A stretch of 63,018 bases of DNA, the filler included. It is 8 parts of 8 records of this genome, joined end to end, with 100 filler letters (N's around TTAATTAATTAA, not from the genome) between each part and the next. Parts side by side here need not be neighbours in the genome. Positions count along the whole stretch, not along the records: positions 44,383 to 49,482 come from SRR31147125_132; positions 49,583 to 55,903 come from SRR31147125_138; positions 56,004 to 63,018 come from SRR31147125_161; 5 more parts are not named here. One strand, given 5' to 3'. Of the stretch, positions 47,269 through 57,849 are shown one piece after another. A program made the position numbers and the translations under genes. The notes below the pieces were generated by a model. It was not told where the DNA came from and did no database searches. It saw only the letters and a list, made by a program, of their open reading frames with translations. The first letter of the stretch is position 1. Every line of letters begins with the position of its first letter.

Positions 47269-47778
47269 TTTGATATTGTAAAATAAAATCTGTAAGGCTC
47301 ATTCTATATATCACTGAATAAAAAAAGTTAGATAGGGTCTTATGTGGAATACGAAGCGCATTAAGTTTCGTATGCTTGATTTATTAAAATTGAATTTGTT
47401 TTGTAGCTCAGAAATATTAATTTTTTCAGACACCACCATTCGTCATTAAACCAATCATTTCTTTTTTCCTCCCATTTTAGTTTCCCCTGAAAATCGGTTT
47501 TTCATTGATACATGAAACAGCTTTCCTCATGAGTGGTAAATAGTTTTTGAGAAGCTATTTTTTTTAGTAAAGCATTCTGTGCATATTAGTTGTTGTAAAG
47601 TGTTTCTTTATTTTTGATGAGCTTATTGTCTTTATGATCTCGAGCCATACCTGTATGTTGCTTTATCCTTAATGTGTGATCACAGACCCTTTAGCTTAAG
47701 GGGAAGACTAGCTTATCATCGAAATTAATAGAGTCAAAAAATGGTAGATGTGTTTAAAAGAGTGGGAGATATGAGTTG

Positions 47779-49340
47779 ATGGACTATGCGGTTGTGTTGA
47801 GTTCGTTGAGTGGTATGGCAATAGGCTTTGGGGCGGCTTACTGGCTGACTTTGAAAAAGGTGAACTATAAACTCGATGAAGTTGAAAAAGAAGAACGGCA
47901 AATATTAAATGATGCTGAAAAAAAATCAGAGACTTTGATAAAAGAAGCACAATTGGAAGCAAAAAGTCGCCTTTTAGAGATGAAAAGTGCGTTTGACGCT
48001 GAAACAGGGGAGACACGTGCAGAGCTAAAAAAAGAAGAGCGTCGATTGATACAAAGAGTCGAAAGCATGGATAGACGCCATGAGCAGTTTCAAAAGCGTG
48101 AAGTGGAGTTGCAGAATAAAGAAAAAGAGCTGAGTGCAACTATAGAGAGTGTCGAGAGTGATGCTGAGAAATATAAGCAGTTAATTGACGATACAAAAAA
48201 AGAACTTGAAAAAGTGTCAAGTCTAACATCGGAACAAGCAAAAGAGATACTGCTTGATGCCATGGAGAATGAGGCGAAACATGAAGGTGCGAAACTTGTC
48301 AAGCGCATTACCAGTGAGGCGAAAGAGAGTGCTGATAAGGAAGCAAAAAAATTATTTCTACGGCAATACAACGATATGCAGGGGATTTTGTAGCTGAACG
48401 TACTGTTTCTGTTGTCCAGCTTCCAGGAGATGAAATGAAGGGGAGAATAATTGGCAGAGAAGGGCGAAATATTCGTGCTCTTGAAGCGGCAACCGGAATT
48501 GATCTGATAATCGATGATACGCCGGAGGCAGTAATTCTTTCAGGATTCAACCCGGTACGAAGGGAAGTTGCGCGACTCTCATTGACTCGTTTGATTTCCG
48601 ATGGGCGTATACATCCAGCAAGAATTGAGGATGTTGTATCAAGGGTGAGTGAAGAAGTCGATTTGATAATTAAAGAGGCTGGAGAGCAGGCCGCCTTTGA
48701 TCTCGGTGTTCATGGTATTGATATTGAGTTGATTAAAATTATTGGTCAGCTAAAATTTCGTACCAGCTATGCACAAAATGTTCTTCAGCATTCAGTGGAA
48801 GTTGCCTTTTTAGCAGGGATTATGGCCGCAGAACTGGGGTTAAATGTTAAGTTAGCCAAACGGATGGGACTACTCCATGATATCGGAAAAGCAGTAGATC
48901 ATGAAGTGGATGGCCCCCATGCGTTGATAGGTGCAAAATTAGCTAAAAAACATGGTGAGGCAAATAATGTAGTCAATGCAATCGCCTCACATCATGAAGA
49001 CAAAATGCCGGAGACGGTATACGATTTTCTTGTGCAGGCAGCTGATGCACTTTCCGGGGCGAGACCTGGCGCTAGAAAAGAAACCTTGGAAAATTATATA
49101 AAAAGACTTGAAGAGCTTGAAGGTGTTGCAAATTCGTTTGGCGGCGTTTCAAATACTTATGCGATTCAGGCTGGACGAGAGATTCGCGTTATTGTCGAAA
49201 GTGATAAAATTTCAGATACAAATGCAGTCTTGCTAAGTAAGGATATTGCTCAGAAAATTGAATCAACGCTTACTTTTCCAGGTCAAATAAAAGTTGTTGT
49301 AATTCGAGAAACCCGAGCCGTCGAATTTACTAATAAGTAA
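47779..49340 (+). CDS. rny: Ribonuclease Y (frameshift near 48348)
   Basis: N-terminal TM plus coiled coil; [14 protein letters not shown] (KH), LLHDIGK (HD), [19 protein letters not shown]. Confidence 0.95.
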
Positions 49341-49440
49341 AGAAAATGATAATTTTTAGACTAGACTATCATTTTTTCTTTCCATCCGTTTTTACCCATG
49401 CAATAAATTATTTAGAATGAAAAATATTCGAAAAAAATGT

Positions 49441-49469
49441 TTGACAAGGGATTTTTTTGAGTATATATT
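49441..49469 (+). promoter_or_regulatory. Sigma70-type promoter for a gene beyond the contig edge
   Basis: TTGACA - 17 bp - TATATT. Confidence 0.6.
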
Positions 49470-49482
49470 TCCCTGACTTTTT

Positions 49483-49582
49483 NNNNNNNNNNNNNNNNNN
49501 NNNNNNNNNNNNNNNNNNNNNNNNNNTTAATTAATTAANNNNNNNNNNNNNNNNNNNNNNNNNNNNNNNNNNNNNNNNNNNN
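49483..49582. other. Artificial contig linker
   Basis: N spacer with TTAATTAATTAA. Confidence 0.99.
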
Positions 49583-50638
49583 GCCCATTTTAAAAACTTT
49601 TTTTAGAGATTTTTTCATATCCGATAGTTTTTCATTTGGAAGACCAAAGATTAAATCTACGTTAATATTTTTGAATCCGATTTTTTTAGCTAGTTTAAAA
49701 GCACTCTTAAACTGCTTTACTGTATGCGACCTTGATATGGTTTTTAGAGTTTTTTTATGAAGTGTTTGAGGGTTGATACTGATTCTATCAACATCATATC
49801 GTTTTAACATTTGTAAAACCTCAAAAGAAAGAGTATCGGGTCTGCCAGCTTCAACTGTATATTCTTCAGGTTTGTCAAATGTATTTTTTATAAAAACCAA
49901 AAGCTCTTCCAATAAATCAATATCAAGGCTGGTGGGAGTGCCTCCTCCTACATAAATAGATCTTATTTTTTTACCATTTAGTATAGAAAGACTATTTGTT
50001 ATCTCGTATTTCAAGCACTTCATATAAGTTCTTTGTATTTTATGACCATGCGTGATTTTTGTAGAAGAAAAAGAACAATATGTGCATATAGAAGGGCAAA
50101 AAGGTATATTGATATAGATATCGATGCTGGAATCATCAATTGAGGAAATAATCTTACTTTGACGCAGAACTATATCGTTAGCTAAGCTTAATTTATCTTC
50201 CGAAACATCCAAAACGTTTTTCATATAGGCTAAAGCATTTTTATTACCCTCGGTTAAAATCAAATCGCGAAGCATCTTTGTAGGTCTAATTCCCGTAAGG
50301 CTACCCCAAGGCATTGTTTTTTTAGTGTAAGTTTTTAATAGATAATAAAAACTGAGCTTGATTGCAAATTTTGTTTTTCTCTTTTTTATGATCTCACTGA
50401 AATTTTCGTCTAGTTTAAACTTATAATTATATTTATAATCCGTATCATCAATTTTTGCGCAGGATACATACTCTCCATCGCCTAGATTCCTTATAGTATG
50501 AAAAAAAAGAATATCATCTTTGCTGATATCATAAACTTCGTTTTCAATCATAGTTATTTTATCGCAGTTTAAAAAAAGCCTTAAAACTTCGCATATTTCG
50601 TTATAAAAACTGGGTCTTTGAGTACTTAGGTATACCAT
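49583..50638 (-). CDS. hemZ: HemZ-like radical SAM protein, 3' truncated
   Basis: PWGSLTGIRPTK, IPFCPSICTYCSF (CxxxCxxC), GGGTPT, EAGRPD, RISINPQT. Confidence 0.88.
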
Positions 50639-50656
50639 TAATTATTCCTTTATATC

Positions 50657-51637
50657 CTATATATTGATAAAAAGCTTCTCAACAGAAAGCTGCATATCCG
50701 CTTTACCTGTCTTTAGTTTGTAATCTAAATCAGCAATATCTGATATTGATTTTCTTAAGTGAGAAGCACTAAAACTTTTACATTCTTTAAGGGCGATTTT
50801 TGCTGCATATGGATGTCCGCCAATATATTTTATAGCCATATCAGAACGAACATTTGAATCTAACAAAGTCCTTGCCTTATATAATGTTCGAAGCTTCGAA
50901 GCCGCAAGACCCATAATACCAAAAGGTGATTTTTCTTGAGCCATAACTTCGTTTAATAGCGTTAAACCTTTTTCTAAATCTTTCTTTAAAAAGTATTCGT
51001 GGATTTTAAAAACATTATATTCCAAAGATTTAAAAGCTGTTGCTTCAATATCTAAAAGTGTTATTTCATTACTTTTAGAATAACACAGTATCTTTTCAAT
51101 TTCATTTGTCAATGACATCATATTATCGCCACAAATCTCAATAAGTTTTAACGAGTTTGTTTTAGATATATTTTTATTATGCCTTGAAAACTCAGATATT
51201 ACCCATTTATAGAGCTCATCTATAGAGGGTGTGTTTAGCTCTAATACTATTCCATGTTTTTTTATAGCTTTGTAAAGTTTTTTCCGTTTATCTGCTTTAG
51301 ACGAAAGCATAAATAAAAGCTTGTTTGAGCCCTTGTATACTTTAATGTATTCGAAAATATCATCGGAGTTTGATTTTTCATTTAATAGACCTGCAAAATC
51401 TGTAATGCAAATAATTTTTGCACTGCCAAAAAAGGAAACAGTATTGCACGCAGAAATAATTTCATCGCTATCAGCTTTTTGATCAAAAGCTTGAAAACCG
51501 ATATCGTCTTTTGCAATATTAAAATGCTTTAATATTTCATCAAATGCATTCTTTTTCGCATAATCATTATCACCATGCACTAAAAAGATATTTTTTTCAC
51601 TTTGAATTATTTCACTAATAAATTTACTATTTACCAA
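50657..51637 (-). CDS. holA: DNA polymerase III delta subunit
   Basis: ADKRKKLYK, NEIEKI, HPYAAK, DYKLKTG; directly downstream of comEC. Confidence 0.9.
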   Translation of the reverse strand: MVNSKFISEIIQSEKNIFLVHGDNDYAKKNAFDEILKHFNIAKDDIGFQAFDQKADSDEIISACNTVSFFGSAKIICITDFAGLLNEKSNSDDIFEYIKVYKGSNKLLFMLSSKADKRKKLYKAIKKHGIVLELNTPSIDELYKWVISEFSRHNKNISKTNSLKLIEICGDNMMSLTNEIEKILCYSKSNEITLLDIEATAFKSLEYNVFKIHEYFLKKDLEKGLTLLNEVMAQEKSPFGIMGLAASKLRTLYKARTLLDSNVRSDMAIKYIGGHPYAAKIALKECKSFSASHLRKSISDIADLDYKLKTGKADMQLSVEKLFINI

Positions 51638-53931
51638 ACCGTTGCTCCATCAAAAACTGTGCTAGAATTTATTCTGTCGTCAAACTCAAACAATATTCCA
51701 CCATGATTTATTGTAGTATAAATTATATCACAATACTCATTCAAATTATACAGTGTTTGCTCGTTAGGATGCCCAAAGCTGTTTTCTCCAACCGAAATAA
51801 CAGCATATTCAGCATCAGCTTTTTTTAAAATATCTATACTAGATGAGTTTTTTGAACCGTGATGTGCTACCTTTAAAACGTCCACATCGCTTATATTGTA
51901 TACAATTTGTTTTTCAACAGATTTGCTGATATCGCCAGTAAACAATACCTTGTAACCCTTATAATGCAGCTCTAATACCAAGGACATATCGTTTGTATCA
52001 TCAATAGGATTTTTAAAATCGGGGTAAATAACATCTACATAGGTGTCTTCATCCAAATAAATTCTATCGCCTTTTATTAACCTAATATAGTTTGCGTTAT
52101 CGGCGTCATAGTTATGATAATCACATGCAGCAATATAAATATCTGAAACAAAATTTTGTTCAACCAATTCTGAGACTCCGCCAGAATGATCGCCGTCTTC
52201 GTGCGTTATAAAAACACCATCTAGCTTATATCCGTTTTTGGATAAAAAACTTGTAATTTCAGAAGTATAATAGGGCTTACCAGTATCTATCATATAAGAT
52301 TTATTGTTTGGAGTTCTAATAAAAGCTGCATCTCCTTGGTTAATATCAAAAAAATAAACTTGTAAACCATGTGGCTGAAACTCTGGGGTTGCAGTAAAAA
52401 GTATCATAACTATTAACAAAATTATTAATAGAGTTCTTTTATAATTCTTGCCTATTAAACAGAATTTAGAGATAATAAATATTGCAATCAACCAAAGCAA
52501 AATGACAAAGCTTGGCATTTTTTTGCATTCTAATATTGTTATTGGCGATTTCAAAAACAAATCCATAATTTTATTTATAGCCATAATTAAACTTTCGGCT
52601 ATGTATGATATAGGAACATTTATTGGATAGAATATAAATGCAGAAAGGAATACCAAGATTATTGTTATACTAGCAATTGGTATTACAATTACATTTGCCA
52701 GTATTCCAATGACCGAAAAATAAGAAAATGTATTTATAATAAAAGGCGCAACACCTATACTTGCAGAGGAAGATGCAGAAACTAAATTGTTAATAGATTT
52801 AGGTAAGGCTTTGAAAAACTTTTCGAACACTGGGGTAAGCGAGATGATTGCAAAAACTGCGCTAAAGCTAAGCTGAAAACCGACACTAAATATACTGACA
52901 GGGTTTATAATTAAAAGTAAGATATAAGCAAAGCTTAGTATGCCTAAAAAGTCGGGCTTTTTGCCTAATATTACTGAAACAGAATAAAGTGCACATATAA
53001 CAAGTGCTCTTAGAATAGAAACACTAAACCCAACTACGCCAGCATAAAATACTGCAAAAATACAAACAACAACGTAGGATGTTTTTTTATGGAAGCCAAG
53101 AAGTTTTAATAAGCCTAAAAAGAATACAAACAATATGCCAAGGTGTAAACCAGACACCGCCAAAATGCTAGCAATTCCACCTATCTTATAGTTGTCGTAA
53201 GTTTGCGAATCTATCTCACCTTTATCACCCAAAACAAAACCGAGTGCAACACCAAAATTATTTTCACCATACGATTTTTGTATGTTTTGTATCATATATT
53301 GTTTAACTGATAAAAATACTGTATCTAGCTTTTTGGTGTTGTTAACAACAATAACGTCGTTTTTCCTAGATTTAGCGATATATGCAATGTTTTTAGAAAA
53401 ATAATACTTTCGTTTATCAAAGCCATGTATATTCGTTGCACTTTTTATGTAAGCTAATTTAGCTTTCACGTATATTATATCCCCAAAAACAAGAGAATCA
53501 TCATATGAGTTTAGTCTGATATTATGTTTTGTTTCGCCTTTATCCTCAATTGCACAGTCTTCTAGGACATAATACGAAGAGTACTCATAATGCTTCGTTT
53601 CAATCACTCGTCCTTTAATCCATGCTTCATCTTTTGGAATATCAATAATATCTGTTTGAATAGTTATGCTTATAAATCCAATAAGAGCAAATGCAAAATA
53701 CACTATTGGTGTTTTAATGCTTTTGCTCTTAATAAAACAAAAGAGTAATAAAATTATACAAAACAAACATAATGCAACGATAAGTAAACTATCAGATTTA
53801 GGATTATAACCCAAAAGTATGCCAGCTGATATGAAAATAGCAGATATAAAGGTTGGTCTATAATGTGAAAAATTAATGTTTATTAAATCTTTGAAATAAA
53901 CCAGTATTTCTTTTAACATGCAATTCTCCAT
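51631..53931 (-). CDS. comEC: Competence protein ComEC/Rec2
   Basis: AVSGLH, GFQLSF, DINQGDA, HEDGDH, LFTGD, KVAHHGS, FGHP. Confidence 0.94.
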   Translation of the reverse strand: MENCMLKEILVYFKDLININFSHYRPTFISAIFISAGILLGYNPKSDSLLIVALCLFCIILLLFCFIKSKSIKTPIVYFAFALIGFISITIQTDIIDIPKDEAWIKGRVIETKHYEYSSYYVLEDCAIEDKGETKHNIRLNSYDDSLVFGDIIYVKAKLAYIKSATNIHGFDKRKYYFSKNIAYIAKSRKNDVIVVNNTKKLDTVFLSVKQYMIQNIQKSYGENNFGVALGFVLGDKGEIDSQTYDNYKIGGIASILAVSGLHLGILFVFFLGLLKLLGFHKKTSYVVVCIFAVFYAGVVGFSVSILRALVICALYSVSVILGKKPDFLGILSFAYILLLIINPVSIFSVGFQLSFSAVFAIISLTPVFEKFFKALPKSINNLVSASSSASIGVAPFIINTFSYFSVIGILANVIVIPIASITIILVFLSAFIFYPINVPISYIAESLIMAINKIMDLFLKSPITILECKKMPSFVILLWLIAIFIISKFCLIGKNYKRTLLIILLIVMILFTATPEFQPHGLQVYFFDINQGDAAFIRTPNNKSYMIDTGKPYYTSEITSFLSKNGYKLDGVFITHEDGDHSGGVSELVEQNFVSDIYIAACDYHNYDADNANYIRLIKGDRIYLDEDTYVDVIYPDFKNPIDDTNDMSLVLELHYKGYKVLFTGDISKSVEKQIVYNISDVDVLKVAHHGSKNSSSIDILKKADAEYAVISVGENSFGHPNEQTLYNLNEYCDIIYTTINHGGILFEFDDRINSSTVFDGATVW

Positions 53932-54089
53932 GTTGTCGCATAAAATTAAATAATGACTATTATAATCATTATTCTGTCAATATTATTTATATTTAGACAC
54001 ATTATAACAAAATTAGATAAAAAATGCGATTATATATGGGAATTAACAACCAAAATATGCATGTTTTCAATCTTATAACATTTTAATAC

Positions 54090-54117
54090 TTGATATGTGT
54101 ACGATAATTAGTATAAT
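54090..54117 (+). promoter_or_regulatory. Candidate sigmaA promoter for the patatin genes
   Basis: TTGATA - 16 bp - TATAAT; AT-rich context lowers significance. Confidence 0.4.
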
Positions 54118-54153
54118 ATATAAAGAATAATTTTATATAATTAGGAGAAACTC

Positions 54154-54942
54154 GTGAAAAAGATAGGGATTGTACTTGGAGGCGGCGGAGCAAAGGGTGT
54201 TGCTCATCTTGCTTTTTTAGATAAGCTAGATAAAAATAATATTGAAGTTAGCTGTGTATCTGGAACATCTATAGGTGCAATAGTTGGAGCTTTATATTGT
54301 AGTGGTCTTAATGCTAGCGAGATAATTACTCAAATTAAAAACCTAGATGAAAAAACATCTACAGGCAAAAAGAGAAGACTATTTTTAATGCTTAAAACGG
54401 TAAACCCTGCAAAAAGAGAATCGATGATAAAGAAATTTTTAGAATATATTTTGCCGGTTAAAACTTTTGAAGAACTAAAAATTCCTTTGAAAATTTGTGC
54501 TGTTGACCTTCATACTTTGGAAGAAAAGATGTTTGACAGCGGAAATCTTGTGGATGCGGTACTTGCAAGTATGGCTTTGCCTACTATTTCTATGCCATAT
54601 AAAATTGGAGATAGATATTATATAGATGGTGGGTGTTTAAATGTTATGCCTTGCGATTATATTAAAGATCTTTGTGACGTTATGATTGCAATTGATGTTA
54701 GTTCTTTAAATAAGGCGTATCACTTAAGCGAACCGAGCTTGAAAAATGGACAAATTGCTTATGACATGGCTTCAAAAAAAGCATGTTTTGACAATAAGAT
54801 TGCAAATTGCAATGTGGACTTGTTATATCGTTTGGTTTTTGATAAAATTAGTACGTTAGATTTTTTTCGTTACGAGCAAGCATATGAAATTGGAGTAAAA
54901 TACTCTGATGACTTGATTGATAGATTGAATAAAATATTATAA
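54154..54942 (+). CDS. Patatin-like phospholipase
   Basis: GGGGAKG, GTSIG, DGG all intact. Confidence 0.92.
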   Translation: MKKIGIVLGGGGAKGVAHLAFLDKLDKNNIEVSCVSGTSIGAIVGALYCSGLNASEIITQIKNLDEKTSTGKKRRLFLMLKTVNPAKRESMIKKFLEYILPVKTFEELKIPLKICAVDLHTLEEKMFDSGNLVDAVLASMALPTISMPYKIGDRYYIDGGCLNVMPCDYIKDLCDVMIAIDVSSLNKAYHLSEPSLKNGQIAYDMASKKACFDNKIANCNVDLLYRLVFDKISTLDFFRYEQAYEIGVKYSDDLIDRLNKIL

Positions 54943-54967
54943 TTACAAAAGTGGAGGATAGATTTAT

Positions 54968-55903
54968 ATGAGTTTGAAAGTAGGATTAGCTCTTGGTGGA
55001 GGCGGTGCAAGAGGTATTGCACATATTGCATATATCAACGCTTTAGAAGAGCTTGACATAAAGCCAGATATTATTGCTGGTACAGGTATTGGAGCTCTTG
55101 TAGGCGGGCTATATGCATCGGGTAAAAGCCCAGCGGATATTGTTGAGCTTTTAGAGGAAGTAGATTACAGAAAGTCTATGAAGGTATTAAACAACTATGC
55201 TTTTAAAGATGGCAAATATGGAGTTCTTGATCATATTGGTCTTGAAGAGTATTTAGAGCTTGTTATGCCTGTTAAAATATTTGATAGATTATATACGCCA
55301 CTAAAGGTAATTGCTGCAAACTACGAAACAAAAGAACAGCATATTTTTGAGGAAGGCAATGTTGTTTCTGCTATTAGAGCTAGTATTGCGATTCCTGGTA
55401 TCTTTTCTCCTGTAGAGGTTGATGAGGAGTTCTTTATTGATGGTGGATGCGTTAATCCATTGCCGATTGATACTATAAGAGAAGAATGCGATGTTTTAAT
55501 TGCTATTGATGTTACTGGAAAAGGCTTGGATAGCGAGATTAGTGTTGCTTCAACTGCAAATGATTTATCGCAATGTTATCAGATTTTGACTAAAATGCTA
55601 CTACAAGAAAAATCAAAGAACAATAAAATAGATATATTGGCAGCACCAGAACTAGATAGTGTTCAAATGCTTGATGTATTTAACTTTGAAAATATATTGG
55701 AAGCTGTTGAAGATGAAGTGGAAGACTTTAAATATGAAGTTGCTAAACTTTTAAAACCAGAACTTTTGGAAAAAGCGGGAACAAAACCTAAAAAAAATAA
55801 AGCCGAACAAGAAGTAGAAGAAGTTGAACTCGAAGAAGAATATAACGAGGAAGAGTACGAAGAAGAAGAATCATATGACGAAGAAGAATACGATGAAGAA
55901 GAA
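54968..55903 (+). CDS. Patatin-like protein lacking nucleophile Ser, with acidic tail; 3' truncated
   Basis: GGGGARG, GTGIG, ASIAIPGIF, DGG; E/D/Y-rich C-terminus. Confidence 0.88.
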
Positions 55904-56003
55904 NNNNNNNNNNNNNNNNNNNNNNNNNNNNNNNNNNNNNNNNNNNNTTAATTAATTAANNNNNNNNNNNNNNNNNNNNNNNNNNNNNNNNNNNNNNNNN
56001 NNN
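55904..56003. other. Artificial contig linker
   Basis: N spacer with TTAATTAATTAA. Confidence 0.99.
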
Positions 56004-56144
56004 AAAATCCTATAATATTCTAATATCCTTCCATATTATTAGTTCTTTTTAACGAATACCAGTGGTTTTCTACAAAATTTCTTGTGTTTTAGTGACTTAC
56101 TACTACAATCCGAGTACAAATAACCATCGATTCGGGAGCAAACA

Positions 56145-57311
56145 ATGAAACCAAGCACTTCTAACCTGTTGATAATGCTATTCTTATCTCTTTTTTCGCT
56201 GCTTTCCTTTGTAGCCTGTGAACAAAGTGTGGAAGAAGGCGAAATATCAGATACGTATGAAGTTACGATTGATTATAATGGTAAAGAATCTGTGATTGAT
56301 GCAGCAAAGCTCGAAACTACAGAATTCAAAGGTGAAAAAGTTGTCGCTTTATCCACTATTCTTATTGAAGCTGGAATTTCAAACTACGAATCACTCTATT
56401 ATGATTTTTCGGCAGAAGACAATTATCGTCCATCAACAGCAGATAACTGTCTGGAAGTTGTCCCTCTAAAAGGAGATGTAATTTCAAAAGGTTATCTGTT
56501 ACTCAGTGCCCATAAACTACTTTGGGATGATTCTTTAAACTATCCAACATGTTTAAATGTCAAACAATTCAATAAAATTTTTGCTTCAGACACATCTGAT
56601 ATGTCTTCTTCGTATAAAGTCAGAATCGTTCATTATTCTCATGTGAGATATGTATGGCTAAATCAGGTTGAATTAGAAGATAAAAATGGAACAAAACTTG
56701 CCCCTCTAACCAAAGTTGTGGAAAAAGGTGGAGTAACAGAAAGTCTGGATTCTTTATTGGCAAATTTTGCTTCAAAGAATTTTTCCAGACCAGGAGACGA
56801 TTTGGAATGCGCAGACAAATTACCTATCGATGGTCAGAGTCTGACTAAAGGATACATAGATCCCGAAAAAGAAAGCCTTGTCTGGGATTCATCACTGAAT
56901 TATCCCGATTGCATGAATGCGTCAAAATTAGCAGAGATAATACTAACAGACAAAAACGCAGAGCCTTACAAAGTAAAAGTGACTTATAATGGAAAGTCGG
57001 ACGATATTGATGTCGAGACTTTAGATAAAGATGTTTTTGAAGGTGCGCCAATGGTGCAGCTTGTTAAAATAATCGAGGCTGCCAAGCTTGGTAAAGATGC
57101 TACTGAACTACATTACGATTTCAAGGCTTTGGATGGCAAACATTCAAGTCAGCAAATAGGATGTAAAGATATTGCTCCTGTAAATCACAACACTCTTTTG
57201 CAAGGGTATTTTGCGCTCGAAACTCATCGCCTAAGATGGGAAGAATCGCTCGAATTTCCAAGCTGCCTACAACTTAAAGGCTTACAGGAAATTATCGTTA
57301 CAGACAAATAA
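56145..57311 (+). CDS. Lipoprotein with three tandem domains of about 118 aa
   Basis: Lipobox FVAC; repeats start at YEVTI, YKVRI and YKVKV, each with GY..L.W..SL.(Y/F)P.C. Confidence 0.8.
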   Translation: MKPSTSNLLIMLFLSLFSLLSFVACEQSVEEGEISDTYEVTIDYNGKESVIDAAKLETTEFKGEKVVALSTILIEAGISNYESLYYDFSAEDNYRPSTADNCLEVVPLKGDVISKGYLLLSAHKLLWDDSLNYPTCLNVKQFNKIFASDTSDMSSSYKVRIVHYSHVRYVWLNQVELEDKNGTKLAPLTKVVEKGGVTESLDSLLANFASKNFSRPGDDLECADKLPIDGQSLTKGYIDPEKESLVWDSSLNYPDCMNASKLAEIILTDKNAEPYKVKVTYNGKSDDIDVETLDKDVFEGAPMVQLVKIIEAAKLGKDATELHYDFKALDGKHSSQQIGCKDIAPVNHNTLLQGYFALETHRLRWEESLEFPSCLQLKGLQEIIVTDK

Positions 57312-57321
57312 TCTGTTTTTT

Positions 57322-57818
57322 TTATTTTACTTTTACAGACAAGATTAATCTGAACTTGGCAGCAGGATCATCGCCCAGCTTTTCAGGTACAGACGCGATG
57401 ACATTGATTGTGTCTTCTTCCCGATTGCCACTTGAAACAGCTCTGTCTATCAAGTTGCGTACTGCTTGACCATCTTTGCTGGTAAAATAAACTGTACCTT
57501 CAACTCTTTTAAAAATTCCGCATGTAAGTCCTTGAAAACATATGCGATTTTTTCGTTATATTTTTCAACCTGCTTTATTGCAAGTATACCTCCAACGGTA
57601 TCAGCACCAATGCACAACGAACCGAAATACATGGAATTTACGTGATTCTTCGTTCTTCGAGACAATGGAACCCGAATCGTGCATGTTTCATCATCAAGTT
57701 CTGTAATTAATGGCTGAACAAAGTTAATCAGTGGCACTTTGAATGCACTAAAAAGCCTTAATGCTATAGAAGTTTTTAGATGTTTGAATATACTCGGTTT
57801 GTTTTCGTTGCTTGACAT
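57322..57818 (-). CDS. Hotdog-fold thioesterase-like protein (DUF4442/YiiD-C-like; frameshift near 57510)
   Basis: VPLSRRTKNHVNSMYFGSL..GAD; other frame continues KRVEGTVYF..AKFRLILSVKVK*. Confidence 0.8.
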
Positions 57819-57849
57819 TTATTGTAAAACCTTGATTTTGCAGGATATT

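Noticed and set aside
47776..49340. rny as two genes or a pseudogene
   Set aside because: One missing A in an A-run restores a full-length protein; same pattern as the other frameshifts
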